A stretch of DNA of 63,278 nucleotides, the filler included, from Lenisia limosa (Eukaryota > Protista > Breviatea), in the NCBI GenBank assembly GCA_001655205.1. It is 9 parts of 9 records of this genome, joined end to end, with 100 filler letters (N's around TTAATTAATTAA, not from the genome) between each part and the next. Parts side by side here need not be neighbours in the genome. Positions count along the whole stretch, not along the records: positions 1 to 26,832 come from LPNZ01009748.1; 8 more parts are not named here. One strand, given 5' to 3'. This document shows, piece after piece, positions 1 to 12,702 of this stretch. Every line of letters starts with the position of its first letter. The first letter of the stretch is position 1. The position numbers were made by a program, and so were the translations under genes. Under the pieces are notes generated by a model that was not told the DNA's origin, ran no database searches, and saw only the letters and a list, made by a program, of their open reading frames with translations.

Positions 1-1716
1 CTTGCGAATACCGTGGTCTTTTCCACTGCTTTTAGACTGTTTGGTTCTTTTTCTTTCCCAGTTATTCTTTTTAGATGAAATGGTTGACTAAAGAGCTCCG
101 ACACTTGACAACATGAGACAGACTTACAGATTGTGAAAAGGTTTCTAGCACCTTCAACATCGCCCATAACCTCAAANNNNNNNNNNCATTTTCCTGCTCC
201 TCTCTCAGCTCACCTTTCGTCTTTCTTATCGTTAATATTAAAATAAAATGTGGAAAACTATTATCTTACGCTGGAGTTGTCATATAAAGAGCTGCTTTTC
301 GAGGTTTCCTTCATTTTTCAATCCCAATCTTGAAATGGACAATTTCTGTCCTATTTCTTGCGAATACCGTGGTCTTTTCCACTGCTTTTAGACTTTTTGG
401 TTCTTTTTCTTTCCCAATTATTCTTTTAAGATGAAATGGTTGACTAAAGAGCTCCGACACTTGACAACATGGGACAGACTTACAGATTGTGAAAAGGTTT
501 CTAGCACCTTCAACATCGCCCATAACCTCAAAAAACCTATCATTGTAAGAGCTGCAACTGAATTTCTGAATGTAAGTTGGTAATTTCATTGATCATTATT
601 TAGTTTGAAACAGAACATGAAAGCAAATAACATTTGTAGACGAAACGTGGTTTCGTGCAAAAGTACAAGAATGGTGGATCTCCTCAGTCGATTAGTGGCG
701 GNNNNNNNNNNCTCTTTTTAGATGAAATGGTTGACTAAAGAGCTCCGACACTTGACAACATGGGACAGACTTNNNNNNNNNNAAATACCGTGGTCTTTTC
801 CACTGCTTTTAGACTGTTTGGTTCTTTTTCTTTCCCAATTATTNNNNNNNNNNTTTTCTTATCGTTAATATTAAAGTAAAATGTGGAAAACTATTATCTT
901 ACGCTGGAGTTGTCATAAAAAGAGCTGCTTTTCGAGGTTTCCTTCATTTTTTCAATCCCAATCTTGAAATGGACAATTTCTGTCTTATTTCTTGCAAACA
1001 CCGTGGTCTTTTCCACTGCTTTTAGACTGTTTGGTTCTTTTTCTTTCCCAATTATTCTTTTTAGATGAAATGGTTGACTAAAGAGCTCCGACACTTGACA
1101 ACATGGGACAGACTTACAGATTGTGAAAAGGTTTCTAGCACCTTCAACATCGCCCATAACCTCAAAAAACCTATCACTGTAAGAGCTGCAGCTGAATTTC
1201 TGAATGTAAGCTGGTAATTTCATTGATCATTGATCATTGTTTAGTTTGAAACAGAACATGAAAGCAAATAACATTTGTAGATGAAACGTGGTTTTGTGCA
1301 AAAGTACAAGAATGGTGGATCTCCTCAGTCGATTAGTGGCGGTAGACCTCCTAAANNNNNNNNNNTTACAGATTGTGAAAAGGTTTCTAGCACCTTCAAC
1401 ATCGCCCATAACCTCAAAAAAACCTATCACTGTAAGAGCTGCAGCTGAATTTCTGAATGTAAGCTGGTAATTTCATTGATCATTGATCATTTTTTAGTTT
1501 GAAACATTGATCATTTTTTAGTTTGAAACAGAACATGAAAGCAAATAACATTTGTAGATGAAACGTGGTTTCGTGCAAAAGTACAAGAATGGTGGATCTC
1601 CTCAGTCGATTAGTGGCGGTAGACCTCCTAAATTTGACCCAGAACTTGAGCCTAACCTGCTCAAAAAGATTTTTGAAGAGATTTTTGACAGAACTATGCA
1701 TTTATTTTGTTCGTGA
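1..1716 (+). repeat. Tandem near-identical copies (broken by 10-N gaps) of a spliced HTH-domain gene fragment, probably the N-terminus of a pogo/Tc1-like transposase
   Basis: The same blocks recur several times with a few SNPs. On the + strand, exon 1065-1205 (MKWLTKELRH...ITVRAAAEFLN), a GT-AG intron 1206-1280 and the next exon (MKRGFVQKYKNGGSPQSISGGRPPKFDPELE, complete in the copy at 1558-1716) give an HTH followed by GRPPK, typical of psq/Tc5-type DNA-binding domains. Confidence 0.55.
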
Positions 1717-2044
1717 CTGTACATAATAAACTTATCTCGTATAAATCCGTGAAAACATTTATTGTCCGATTTCAAGAACCCACACGCTTGAGAAGTGAGA
1801 ACGCCAAAATGGTGCTCTTTATTTGATGAAACTCAATGGTTTATTATCCCCTTTTACACCACCTATCACTGTCCAATCTTACTACAAACTAATTTAGAAC
1901 CATAAAATATGAGTTATAGTCACCCACTAGGTACTTGCATAATTTGGGTCCAAAAGTGAGTCATGATAAAACTTTTTGATAAAACCTTTTGATAAAACCT
2001 CTAATTTCCTCCCTAGCCTTCTAGCGGTGTCATGCTCTTTCAAA

Positions 2045-2515
2045 TCAAGAAAGACTTTGAGTAAACGTACAAATATTCAAATCATCCTTGCAATAAAACT
2101 AAAAATATACATGAATTTGAAATGGGGAATTGGAGTTAATAATAACAGTTTTCCTGCTTAATAGCGACTCTACTTGAATAGCAGAATCATTTTTAAGGGA
2201 TATTATTACAAAGGGCATCTCAAGACTTGGAACTGGATGCATTCTTGTTAAACAATAAAAATACTCATCACCATTTAAAAATTGATAAGCAGCGCTATAT
2301 TTTGCAGAGTTATTCCAGGATAAAAGTGTCCCATCCTTTTTTACAAAACCTACCGACTGCAAAACATTAATGGCATCATAGAGACGGCGTTTTGCATTTT
2401 GTGAAGAACAAGAAGGAATCTTTCCAGATATTGATAAAAATAATTCGTGGCTTGTCATTGATTGTTTTTGTAAATCCAGCTTAACATAATACGAAAACAA
2501 TTTCAATCCTTTCAT
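2045..2515 (-). CDS. Minimal E2F-partner DP-like transcription factor (141 aa spliced), two ultra-short introns
   Basis: KGLKLFSYYV, KRRLYDAINVL and LEMPFVII...FQIH match DP-family motifs (KGLRHFSMKV, RRRVYDALNVL, LPFII...FEIHDD). Removing the GT-AG 24-nt intron 2087-2110 restores FQIH|DD and ends at TGA 2045-2047. A second GT-AG 21-nt in-frame intron is likely at 2244-2264. Confidence 0.8.
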
Positions 2516-3700
2516 TTACCAAGAGGTATGAAGATGTTCACTGACAAAACTGTACTTTATCCCCTGTCAAAACTCTTTCTGAACTAAATCTTCACTTCAA
2601 TCCCACCGGTGTCTCACACATCCAAGAGTTGTGCTTCGCAAGCGTCGCCAAGGGCCGCTGAGTGGGTTGGTGCTAAATCTGACTAAATCAACGGGGCCCC
2701 CCATATAGAGTCCATTGGACCAGTGTATAATTGGGCTTATTTGGCTGATTCACCTTCTTGCCATCTGTACAAGTTTAGCGGATTTTGATATATTGTTTAA
2801 AGAGTTGTGTTATTGAATAAAAAGGTTATTGAATAAAAAAAATGTTGTAGAATTTTAGAATTTCTTCTCATCAACTGAGGGTGATCATTGTCTCAATGGT
2901 GTGGTTAATAGTGTCACAGATCATCCCAGTTTATCTCTATGCATATGTATAGTGCCTATTTCAAAAAGAAAGCAAGCGAAGGTGTCGTTAGTCCCAATCT
3001 TTTGCGACTCTTGCCCTTGTTGCATTCCAAGAATATACAAACAACTATGCTGTTGACCCCCCCCCCCCCNNNNNNNNNNNNNNNNNNNNNNNNNNNNNNN
3101 NNNNNNNNNNNNNNNNNNNNNNNNNNNNNNNNNNNNNNNNNNNTATATCACCCAAATATGTGTCAGACGCCATTATTTGGTAGAATAAGAACATTTATCC
3201 ATAGAAAGGCACGACGGTTGTTAACTTATTCTTCTTTCCCACAACTGACCTCATACGTCCCAAATTGAATTCCATTGTCTGGCTACAGAAAAGCCAACGC
3301 GTTCAGCAATGTTGTCTGGAACAACATATCCCTGTGCGATTGTCAGAACATTAAAAAACAAAGTAGACAGAAAGAACTAGTGTCACAAGCAAACATTGTT
3401 CATGATGGTTGGCTTTGCCCTAGAAAGGGGTAAATAAAAATAACGAAAAAGGAAAACAAGAAGATTGCGACGAGAAACATAGCGGATTCACGAACAGGAG
3501 AACAGGGTAAAAGCCGATCAGCCTGGTGATCTGTTGGAGAGTAGTGGGGTCAGGGGGTCAAGGAGGTGTGGAAGCACGTAGTGGGGTGGGTATGGCGCGG
3601 GCTGTACTGCCAAGCTTCATGAGATGCCCAAACGGGGCTGTGAAAGGGGAGAACAGCGCTCAGGGAGTGGGACATGCCTTCTTAATTTGGGAAAGAGACC

Positions 3701-5530
3701 ATGTTTGACAGAAACCTCCGCCAAAACGCCAGCCAAGCTGCTAGAAACACTTTCCGGAGGGAGGGGGGCGGCGGTTTGGGGGGTCAACCAAATCGTGACG
3801 ACGGATCCGGGAAGGTTGTTTCCCTCCGACTTTTTCAACTCAAGCTGATCGGGTCCATTATGGGCATAAGAAGCCTTATGGTTGTAGCCCCTCCAGGCTC
3901 AGGAAAGTCCCTCCCCTTCCTTGTGGCCGCATATGTCTTGAAGAAAGTCACCTTTGTGAGTGCTCCCCTGGAAGCAATCTGCCTCTTCCAGGTGAAGGAG
4001 TGGACTTCAAGAGGTTTCCCATTCTGTCTCTTCGAGAACCTTCAAGACCATATCCGCCAGTACCACTCCCTCCCTTTTGTTTGTACATGGGTGTGTTTAA
4101 AACTGTATCAAGCTTCGCCTTGGTACGATGTAGGCTACCTGTCTCCTGAGGATATGGTAATGACCGGCCCCAACTGCCGTGGCCCTCTCCTCCACTCCGT
4201 CATTAACATGTACCTTGAGCAGGACAAGATTGCTCTCTTTGTTGTTGACGAGGGTCACCTCACCCCGGCTTGGTTTGTGAAGTATTGATAAGTTTCATGA
4301 TTTAAGACTTCTTTTCGCCCCGCAATGGCTTGTTTACTCTTTTGTTTATTCCCTGAAAGTAAAAGTTCCCGCCTCTGTTGGCCTGGGGATTAATTGGTGT
4401 ATTTTTTTCAGTTTTGTTATTTACTAAATACAAACATAGATTAGGGTTGAATTGTGGGTGATATTATATTATTTGGTTGGTTGTGAGGTTTTCATTCCCA
4501 TGAATTGGGGCAACACATAAGCGATATATGTGGGTCTTCACCCCGGTTCAAAAAAGCCCGGTATAGTATCAAAATTATATTTCTACTACATACCATATAC
4601 TATCATATGTGTTAACGGTTCAGGTGACATTTGCTACCCTCACCAAACGTGAACAGAAGGATATCTGCCACCAATTTGGAATCGACCCAGCTGCATACTA
4701 TGAGAAAGACTCTCGTAGGTCTAACTTGTATGTTGATCTCCGTATTGGCGCAGACAAGAAGCCCTTCTCCGCTTCCACTGTCGTATGCGATTTTGATCAT
4801 TTTTTTTGGCCTTGAATATTATTATGGTGGATACCTTTGTATTTCATCCCCTCACGAATTAGATTGACATGATCCTTGAGTTCACCAAAGGAATACTCAA
4901 GATTTATTTGTGTCCTCTCCCTTGCGTACATCGACATCCTCAAGGAACATTTCCAATTCCACAATCATTTTTGATGATATAATATACATACATAGTACGT
5001 ATCATATCATATTATAAGTCATATACTACATAGTAAGTCTTGACCGATTTCCACACGGTCAATCCATAGAATATCGGTCAAGACTTTTCCCAGTCAGTGT
5101 ATATATATCATATGATATTTAAAAAATAATATTAGTACATATGAAATATCATACTATTGTATATTTTATATTACTACTCTTTGTAGTATCATATACTACC
5201 TGTATACACTGTGTATATAACCTTAGAACAATAAATGTAAAAAATCTGCATTTGACTATGTTCCAACTCATCATTGTTGCTGGTGGCACAGACGCCGAAA
5301 TGAAGATGTTATTCGGCTGGTTGAATCAAACAATAAACTACGCATCATCATTGGGACTGGCGTCCTAGCAACTGTGAGGCATGAACCAAGCTTTGCTAAT
5401 ATTCACTATTATTATCACTTTTTCTCATGTTTTAGGGAGTCAACATCGCATTCCTCGTCAACCTTTTTCTGGTTTTGTGTCTCAGAGACATGGTTTACAA
5501 GGTCACTCATGTGAGCAGGTCGTATTTCTT
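3701..5530 (+). pseudogene. RecQ-like SF2 helicase, spliced and disrupted
   Basis: Motif I APPGSGKS, Ia FVSAPLEAICLFQV and II VVDEGHLTPAW lie in ORF 3701-4288. Downstream are VTFATLT...SRRSNLYV (about 4625-4740), RIIIGTGVLAT (about 5340-5375), GVNI (about 5437) and a motif VI remnant *AGR with TGA at 5512-5514. Frameshifts separate the segments. Confidence 0.7.
5035..5086. mobile_element. Hairpin core of a mini-MITE (family E)
   Basis: Perfect 14-bp inverted repeat AAGTCTTGACCGAT / ATCGGTCAAGACTT, related to copies at 27400-27468 and 52169-52233. Confidence 0.6.
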
Positions 5531-5887
5531 CAATCTTTCATTGGCTCCTAACGACTTCTGGCACAGGGAGCAGATGCTAGATGACCCCACTATCATATTC
5601 ACTAAATTACTGATGGTTCTAACATCCCATTTTCTGTTAAATCTCAAATCTTGAATCTCTCTTGAATCACTTTTAAGGCAACAGAAGCATACATTAGAGT
5701 AGTAAACAAAAAGCAAAAACTAGCAAGGATGTGTCCACCCCAGGCCTAAATCGTATAAATAAGGTTACAAAAATTAATTGGACTCCCGCTTCAAACCCAA
5801 AGATGACACCCTCTTCAGTTGCAGTGTCGACACTAGAAAGGAATTAGGGGAAACTGTTAATGAAAAACACAAAACCAAATCAGCTAC

Positions 5888-6440
5888 TTAGCCCACTAAC
5901 TGTCCAACCGTTTGGTGCAGCAATTGCAAGTGCCTCACTCTCTTTAAACACTGGTCGAATTGTCCAATGTCTTTCAGTAGTTTCAGCATCACCATCGGCG
6001 ATCTCTCGGTTAGGCTGAGCCAAACGCCATGAAGTTGATCTTCCCAATGTAGTACCTTATGTCGGTACTGCGCTGGTACTGTGAATACAATATACCGTAA
6101 AGTCACCTGAGACAAAATTACAGAAGAAAAGCCCGAAAAACCGCTTAGACTTGGTCCGACCACCAAAACCCTGACCAAATTGTCGAGATATACCTGTCAC
6201 GATGCTGCAGAGTTGCCAACAATTATTCCCAGATCACCTCTGAATTTTTTCCGCGATCTTTCGATCTCTTCTTAAGACCCAGACAGGACTCGTTTAGCTG
6301 TTTCGAGCGTATTCTCAAGTTTATAGTTGAAAATACTAAATGAAGGTCTGTGAAGTTCTAACTCACTTCTATCCTCCCAATGACCTTTAAATACATCAAA
6401 AACCTTAAATAATCTTTTTCCAGTCCAACTGTGGGTCCAG
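5888..6440 (-). pseudogene. Decayed P-loop GTPase-like fragment (possibly IFI44/TRAFAC-like)
   Basis: VRVLVVGPSLSGFSGF resembles a degenerate Walker A (RILLxGPxGSGKSSF); in-frame stops lie upstream. Family assignment is weak. Confidence 0.25.
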
Positions 6441-9400
6441 TCCAAGTCGCCCGGCTCGGGGAATAATAATCTTGTGGATTGGTGCTGTTTCGTTTATTTC
6501 CTCTTTTTTCTAAACAGTCTCCTTGCATTCAGTTGAAAACCATGTTCTTATTTTACAGATGTCACCTAAGAAGCCAACAAAGAACGCCATTGAACGAACA
6601 GGTAATAGGGAAGTTGTTTCGATTAAGAAGCCGAAAAAGCTGGTACTCAAAATGAAGACATGTATGAGAGAACAGGGCATGATAGGCTGAATAAGAATAT
6701 CATCCTTTTTTCACCTCTTTAGATTTGAATCCATTTCCAAGAAGGTTTCTGATGTTTCTTGTCGTTCGCTTGATGGAAGACGGGGAAGTCAGATTGGTTT
6801 TTAAAATGTTATTTGCACGTAGAATGAAACGAGAAAATCAAAAAACCGAGGCTCATGGGTTTGGGATTGACGCCACAAACAAACGCAATAATTCAGCCCA
6901 AATAATCACCTGGTTGTTTATAATTTCTTCTTCAAATTGTTTTCCAACTTCTTCAATATCGGCAATGATGGCGTCTTGGCGGACAATCTGATTATGTCAG
7001 AGCACTGTCAGAGAAATGAGGCGCAATTAATTGACAAATAGAGCACAGTATCCCAGGCAAAAAGAGCAAAGTATCAATGACAATAGAATACAGACAAATG
7101 GAGCAAAGTACCCCTCATTAAATGGACCACAATAATACGGATGTCCTCAACAAACCAGCGGTTTCAGAAGTTCTCTTCAGCAACAAAGGCAGCAACATCA
7201 GGGAAGATGACCATGTTGAGACTTCATTGTTGTTTCGGTTAGCTTAATAAGTAAGTGACGAACAGAGATATAATAACCAACTTTTTCATCTTTTCTTTCA
7301 GCTTTGGTTCGTTGATAAGGACTGACAATTTTTTCCAGAGGTTCAAGACGGAAAGACGGAATTTGCAAATGCTTGCCTCAATTTTGAATTGAAGGTTGAC
7401 TAATATAATGTAAATACAGAAGTAATTATCTTACCAATTCGCTGTCTGATGGGGAGCTGGACCCTCTCGGCAAAACAAACGCGGTGGTATTGATGTGGTA
7501 GCGTGACCTCATCGGAGGGAAATCGTGCTGATGGTTGTTAGCGATAGATATGTTATACATCTCTTGGAAAAAGTTAGAGCTCCAGCTCAACGATATCCCG
7601 TTCCATACCGTTGAATAATTCACTTGAGAAGAAAATGTGTCGTATCGTATCCAGGGAAAGAGGGTCCCTACTAAATGAGTAAATGCGTTAAACAATAAAT
7701 AACACACAGAACTCACGGAATATTTTTCAATGCAAGAATGCAAGAAAAAGGAATAACACAATAGAAACAGAAAAATAGCTTAGTCAACCCTAAGAAGCAC
7801 ATGTGCGCGAAAAAGAGGTCAGGACAAATAGGAAAAACTGAGAAATGTTGTGTGGAGGAAAGATAGTAGAATAAAAGTGCGGAAATATCTTTTTTTATTT
7901 GAATACAGACTTGTTTACTGGAAAGGAATTTCTCTGGACGCCGGCGGGTATATTCTCGGAAAATAAGTCCCTTCCTTATACCCTGGAAGCTTTCAACTTT
8001 TTCGCTCTAGTTACTCATTTCGTAGTTTTTTACACTCTATATTTCTAATTCCCTTCTCAGTTAGTTCTCTGGGCTTGTCATAAAAGACATGGTTGGTTGA
8101 GGAAACCCTCTTCATGACTTCCCTATCGTATTCTGTTGTTAATTATCAACACTTACGTCAAGTCATTGAGGGACCTCAATTTGAGGACCAGGTCCCCATA
8201 TGCTTCGATGGAGGTTGTTTAAGGCCTAGACTTTCAGGACTGCATTCTAGACCACGAAGGCAAGGTGCAAGGGGGAGGGGGGTATAAACAACGCACATCA
8301 TATATTATCGTATATCATATTTATGCGATGGTGTAGNNNNNNNNNNGTGCCCAGCATTAACAACACTTCCGACATAGATCCAAGACGGTGATCTGTGCGA
8401 TGCTTTGCCTAGATATTTAAACAAAAGCCGCGTACAACAAACTTGTGACCAGGAGGTCTCACTGCATTGTGAAGCTTTTTTTGTGATCTCTCGGAAGCAC
8501 ATTGCCCATTGGCTCTTGGTATCCTTTGGTATTTCAGAAATGTATTTAATCACCAACCATAGCCTCAGATAGCGTCTTTTGTTTCTTTGGAGCCGTTGAG
8601 AATGCATTCTTTAATTTGGACGAAAGAAGATGGAACTAGAGATAATTTAACCATGGAAGATTATGAAAATTTATTAGATAGTAAAGCACGAACTTGTATT
8701 TATCAATCCGTTGTAAAGTCTCATAAAAAAGGAATGACTAGAGCAATTGAAGTTAAAGACATCACACACTTTGGAAACCATTAAAACTTTAGTTTTAGGA
8801 AATCAATTAAAAAAATTTTATGTGTTATGTTTATTTAAATAAGAGAAGGATAAGAAAGTTTGGATAATATATTTAATTTAATCAGCGAACGTATTCCATC
8901 TCATGGTTGTAATTCTTTTCAGAAATTTGACCATGTAAGTACAAATGTACCAATCTCTCAGAAAGATCTTTAAAGGCTTGAAAGTGCGTTATTCATAACA
9001 GATCTTCGATAAGCCTCAAGTCCGGATCTGGTCATTGATATTTTAATACAAACTCATTACTTGTGCAAGAAGATTTCTTCTTAGAAGCAACGGTAACTTT
9101 CTTCAGTTGGAAAGGTTTATCGATCTTGACCTTTGACATTGAGTCGATTAGTTCAGAGAATCTTTACCAACAGAAACCATTGTGGTATTGATTAAAAAGA
9201 TTGACCATTCTAAAAAAATATTTTTTGTACCCAGGAAAAAATACGGATATTATCTTCTTTATTTTTTGAAAATAAATTAGTAAAATTTTTTGAAAAATAC
9301 AATTAAAATTTGTAAAATGAATTTCTTGTTTTCCTCAATAATAGGTCAAATATCACCTGTTTTTAAGATTTAGTAAAATAGTCAACTTACTATAGGGGTA

Positions 9401-9577
9401 CCACATAGAAAATCAAAATCATTTGATGAAAAAATATGTAATATTTCAACACTGTTGACCATGACTTTGCTAGAATAGCCAAAAAAAGACGAATATCGTT
9501 GATTCTAAATAATATTTTTCTTGACATTTGGCAATTAATAATATGATATATATTAACTACCTGAATAGTTAACTATA

Positions 9578-10392
9578 TGGAGTCTGTTGCTGCTGTTCTG
9601 TCATCAGGAAGTGGTAAATCGCTGACCCGTCATTGTTGCGCTTCAGTTTCAGGTTTGTTGTCTTTATTGTTTGAGCATTGTTGCAGTGATCGGGACGGAG
9701 GGGGGGTAGATTTTCGGTCATTTTATTGACTTTTCTGTTTCCCATACACTGAGGTTGTGTACTTCGTCTGTCTCCCTCTTGTCCCAAATTGAAGAACAGA
9801 TCATTCGGATCGAGGATGCCGGCGCCATTAAGGTTCCGCAGCTGAAAGATGTAACCGATAAGACCGAAACATCAAAGCTCCTTTGTCGTTATTGACAACT
9901 TAGTCTTCTTCCCCCCAGAACAGACAAAGAAAGCAATTGCGGTTTTCAAGCGCGCCAGCAAAGCCGATCTTGCAGCAGGTCTTGTACTGGATGAAGCCCA
10001 CAGCTTTAAACAATGGCCGTAAGTGTGGTTTAGCTTTTTTTGTTGGTATAATATAATCTTTTTTATTTTTTTTTATTTATGATGTTTCAATGTGTTTCAC
10101 TCTGCAATGATTGAGCCGCTGAAGTTCTCGATGGACAAAGGATTGGCTCGTTATCTTGGTTGGTTGTGACTAATAAGATCTTTCGAAAAGTTGTGTTTCA
10201 AGAATTTGATTCCCACGGACCCCAAATTTTTCGAGATGCGTTTGCTGAGCTCTTCCCTGTGGTGGTCAACCCACGCATGAACTTGCGGATGGTATACCAC
10301 TTGGAAGATGGCGAGCGGACATACCTCAAGGACACAGAGACCGTTTGTTGGTGCAGTCCTATTAGCATCATATGTTCTTTTGTTATTGTTAT
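9578..10392 (+). pseudogene. RecQ-like helicase fragment, copy A (5'-truncated direct repeat of 12808-13731)
   Basis: VLSSGSGKSL, LVLDEAHSFKQW and NPRMNLRMVY motifs, with frameshifts. Collinear nucleotide similarity to copy B includes the introns. Confidence 0.7.
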
Positions 10393-10503
10393 TTAGTTTC
10401 AGGCTTAGTAGGAAGATAATCTAAACTTCACTTCGGTTCCAAAAAAAGCCTAGTTCATTTACTTTAAAATTTTGAACGAGTGCGAAAGATATGTTATTTA
10501 CAA

Positions 10504-11883
10504 TTAACCCAGAGTAGCCATTACAGCCTTCTGAGCACCATCATCCAGGGATGAAGCTGTAATGATAGGAATTCCAGACTGCTCCAAAATTTGTTTTCCC
10601 TCTTCAACATTCGTTCCCTCAAGCCTAACAATAAGTGGGATTTCAAGTTCAAGATTAGATAGTGCGTTCACAATGCCTCTTGCAATAATGTCGCATTTCA
10701 TTATTCCACCGAAAATATTCACGAAAACAGTTTTAACATTAGTATCAGACAATATAAGTTCAAAAGATTTTGCAATAACTTCCTCAGTTGCTCCTCCACC
10801 AACATCCAAAAAATTAGCAGGACTAACATCTTTGGAATATTGATTTAGAGCAAAAAATAAATAATAATAAAATACCATCCATTGTAGCCATTGCAAGACC
10901 AGCACCATTTACCATATTACCAATCTGTCCATCAAGACCAACATAATTGATTCCAAACTTTTGTGCTTCCACTTCCCTTGGATCCTCCTCTGTTGGGTCA
11001 AACATTCCAAAGACTTCCTTTTGGCGAAACTCAGCAAAATCATCAAAATTCATTTTGGCATCAAAGCAAACAACTTGGCCATCAGGGGTCTCTCCAAAAG
11101 GATTAATTTCCACCTGTGTGGCATCAACCCCCAAAAATAGTTCATATAAGCTGAATATCTATTAAGCCAAAAACAAATAAACTTGTTCTGCAGCAACAAT
11201 AGCCTTCTTCCCTTCAAAACCAAGATGGTCAACCATTTGCTTTGCTTGCTCCTTAGTCACTCCAACATCAATATCAACTGGAATCTGGTCACAAAAGGAG
11301 AATACAGAAAGAATTAGCTCTGGTGTTGCCTCAGCAACCTCTTCAATTTCAACACCACCAGCAGGTGATCCAACAATAACAGGTCCTTGACTTTCCCTAT
11401 CATAAAGAATGGCAAGGTAAGTCTCCCTTTCAATATCAAGAGAGTGTGCAATCATACAATTTTTTACCGCAACTCCCTCCGGAGGTGTTTGCTTTGTAAT
11501 AAGTGATGCTCCAATCATTTTCGAGGCAATTTCTCCAGCTTCCTGTGGACCAATAAAAAACACTAAGAAACTTTTTTGGGAAATGAACTCCTCCTTCAAA
11601 GCCATTAGTGAAGTGACCTTTTCCCCGGCCTCCAGCATGTATTTGGGCCTTCAACACTAGCTCATCGACGTCAAGCTTCAACGCCCCAGCTTCAATCTCT
11701 TCAGGCGAAGAGCCCACCTCAAATTTTTGAATATTGACCCCATACTTGTCCATAAGAACCTTGGATTGAAATTCATGGAGGTTTAAAAAGCGAGTTGCCC
11801 AAGCTGCTGACCTAAAAACACTGCCCTAATAAAAAAAAAAACAGCACTTTGGAAGCCCCGTTAAACAGTTTCAAGCAATTCAT
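10504..11883 (-). CDS. sucC: Succinyl-CoA ligase beta subunit (closest by motif to the GDP-forming SUCLG2 type), 421 aa after removing five 21-25 nt introns
   Basis: [76 protein letters not shown] and VRLEGTN are all present. ATG at 11883, TAA at 10504-10506. Introns: 11826-11847, 11550-11571, 11285-11305, 11159-11182, 10851-10875. 1380-114=1266 nt = 422 codons with no internal stop. Confidence 0.93.
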
Positions 11884-12379
11884 TTCAAAATTTGCCCAAT
11901 AGTCGCCTTGATACCCAAATTTACCAGTTTATACCCAAATTGAGATTTAGGCGGGGGTGACCCCCCCTGCGGCCGGGCGTACCCGACAAGAATGAAGAAC
12001 CAAAATGATAATGGGGGGTTTATATATATATTTAGAGTAAAAGCATTATACCTACCAAACGATAGCTACGAGTTATAGAATGTTGTTTCCGCTATGTAAA
12101 CTCCCTAAAGTCGAAACCTGTCAAAGATGTTATTACCATTTTTTGAAATTTTCTGTTGTTGTGACAAAAATTTGAAAAACTCAAAACAACCCAGAAATAG
12201 AATGTGGTATGAAAACTGGGCGAAAAATTGGGTTCTGCGGCTTTAAAACTCAAAATAACAATTAATGACCTAATTTAGGACCGCGAGCCATGTAGCGATG
12301 TATTATACTATTTGATATCGATTTAGTTATAAATATATATGACCTCCTGAATCTGTGGCATACGACGGATTTAGGAGTG

Positions 12380-12538
12380 GGTTATTATGCAGGGGCTCTT
12401 GTCCTTATTCATGAATCTCCTTGTATGTATGCTGGGGAAGCACGCAGAAAGTTCTGTGCACAGAGTTGTAAGGCAAATGATTGGGTGAATTAATATTACA
12501 CTATAATCCCATATCTCTTTTAGCGTGATTGTGTGGAC
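12380..12538 (+). repeat. Dispersed interspersed repeat family C (about 150-300 bp)
   Basis: Homologous to 58565-58715 (reverse), 33860-33962, 40815-40900, 46020-46070, 51595-51645, 52860-52930, and to fragments at 29805-29835, 30910-31030, 37410-37437, 39290-39330 and 47335-47380. Hallmarks are GATTGGGTGAATTAA and GCGTGATxGTGTGGACGGCTTCGGCCAGATACAACCTT. Confidence 0.8.
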
Positions 12539-12702
12539 NNNNNNNNNNCTTTCTTTATTAAAGGATCAATAAAATCAAAATTAATTTGAGAAATGTCTTT
12601 ATGGAACTGTTGTTGGGAATCAAAGCATTTTTATTGAAGTGCACAGTGTTGATTTGAAAGGTAGTAAAACCCTTGTTGCTGGAAACTTGTAAACACAAGG
12701 TC

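Noticed and set aside
311-1223. Minus-strand ORFs MKLPTYIQKFSCSS... (92 and 109 aa)
   Set aside because: They are antisense to a + strand spliced HTH reading with recognisable motifs and proper GT-AG borders, and resemble no family I know.
10801-10875. Canonical 46-nt GT-AG intron as the explanation for the last SucC intron
   Set aside because: It is in frame but leaves only 3 residues between ATMD and PANF, where the family has about 8. It is disfavoured but not excluded without cDNA.
11950-11990. GC-rich hairpins upstream of the micro-intron genes (11952-11968, 18156-18208, 2693-2707) as Helitron ends or a shared promoter
   Set aside because: The stems are short, orientation relative to the genes is inconsistent, and there is no CTRR end at the expected spacing; not supportable.
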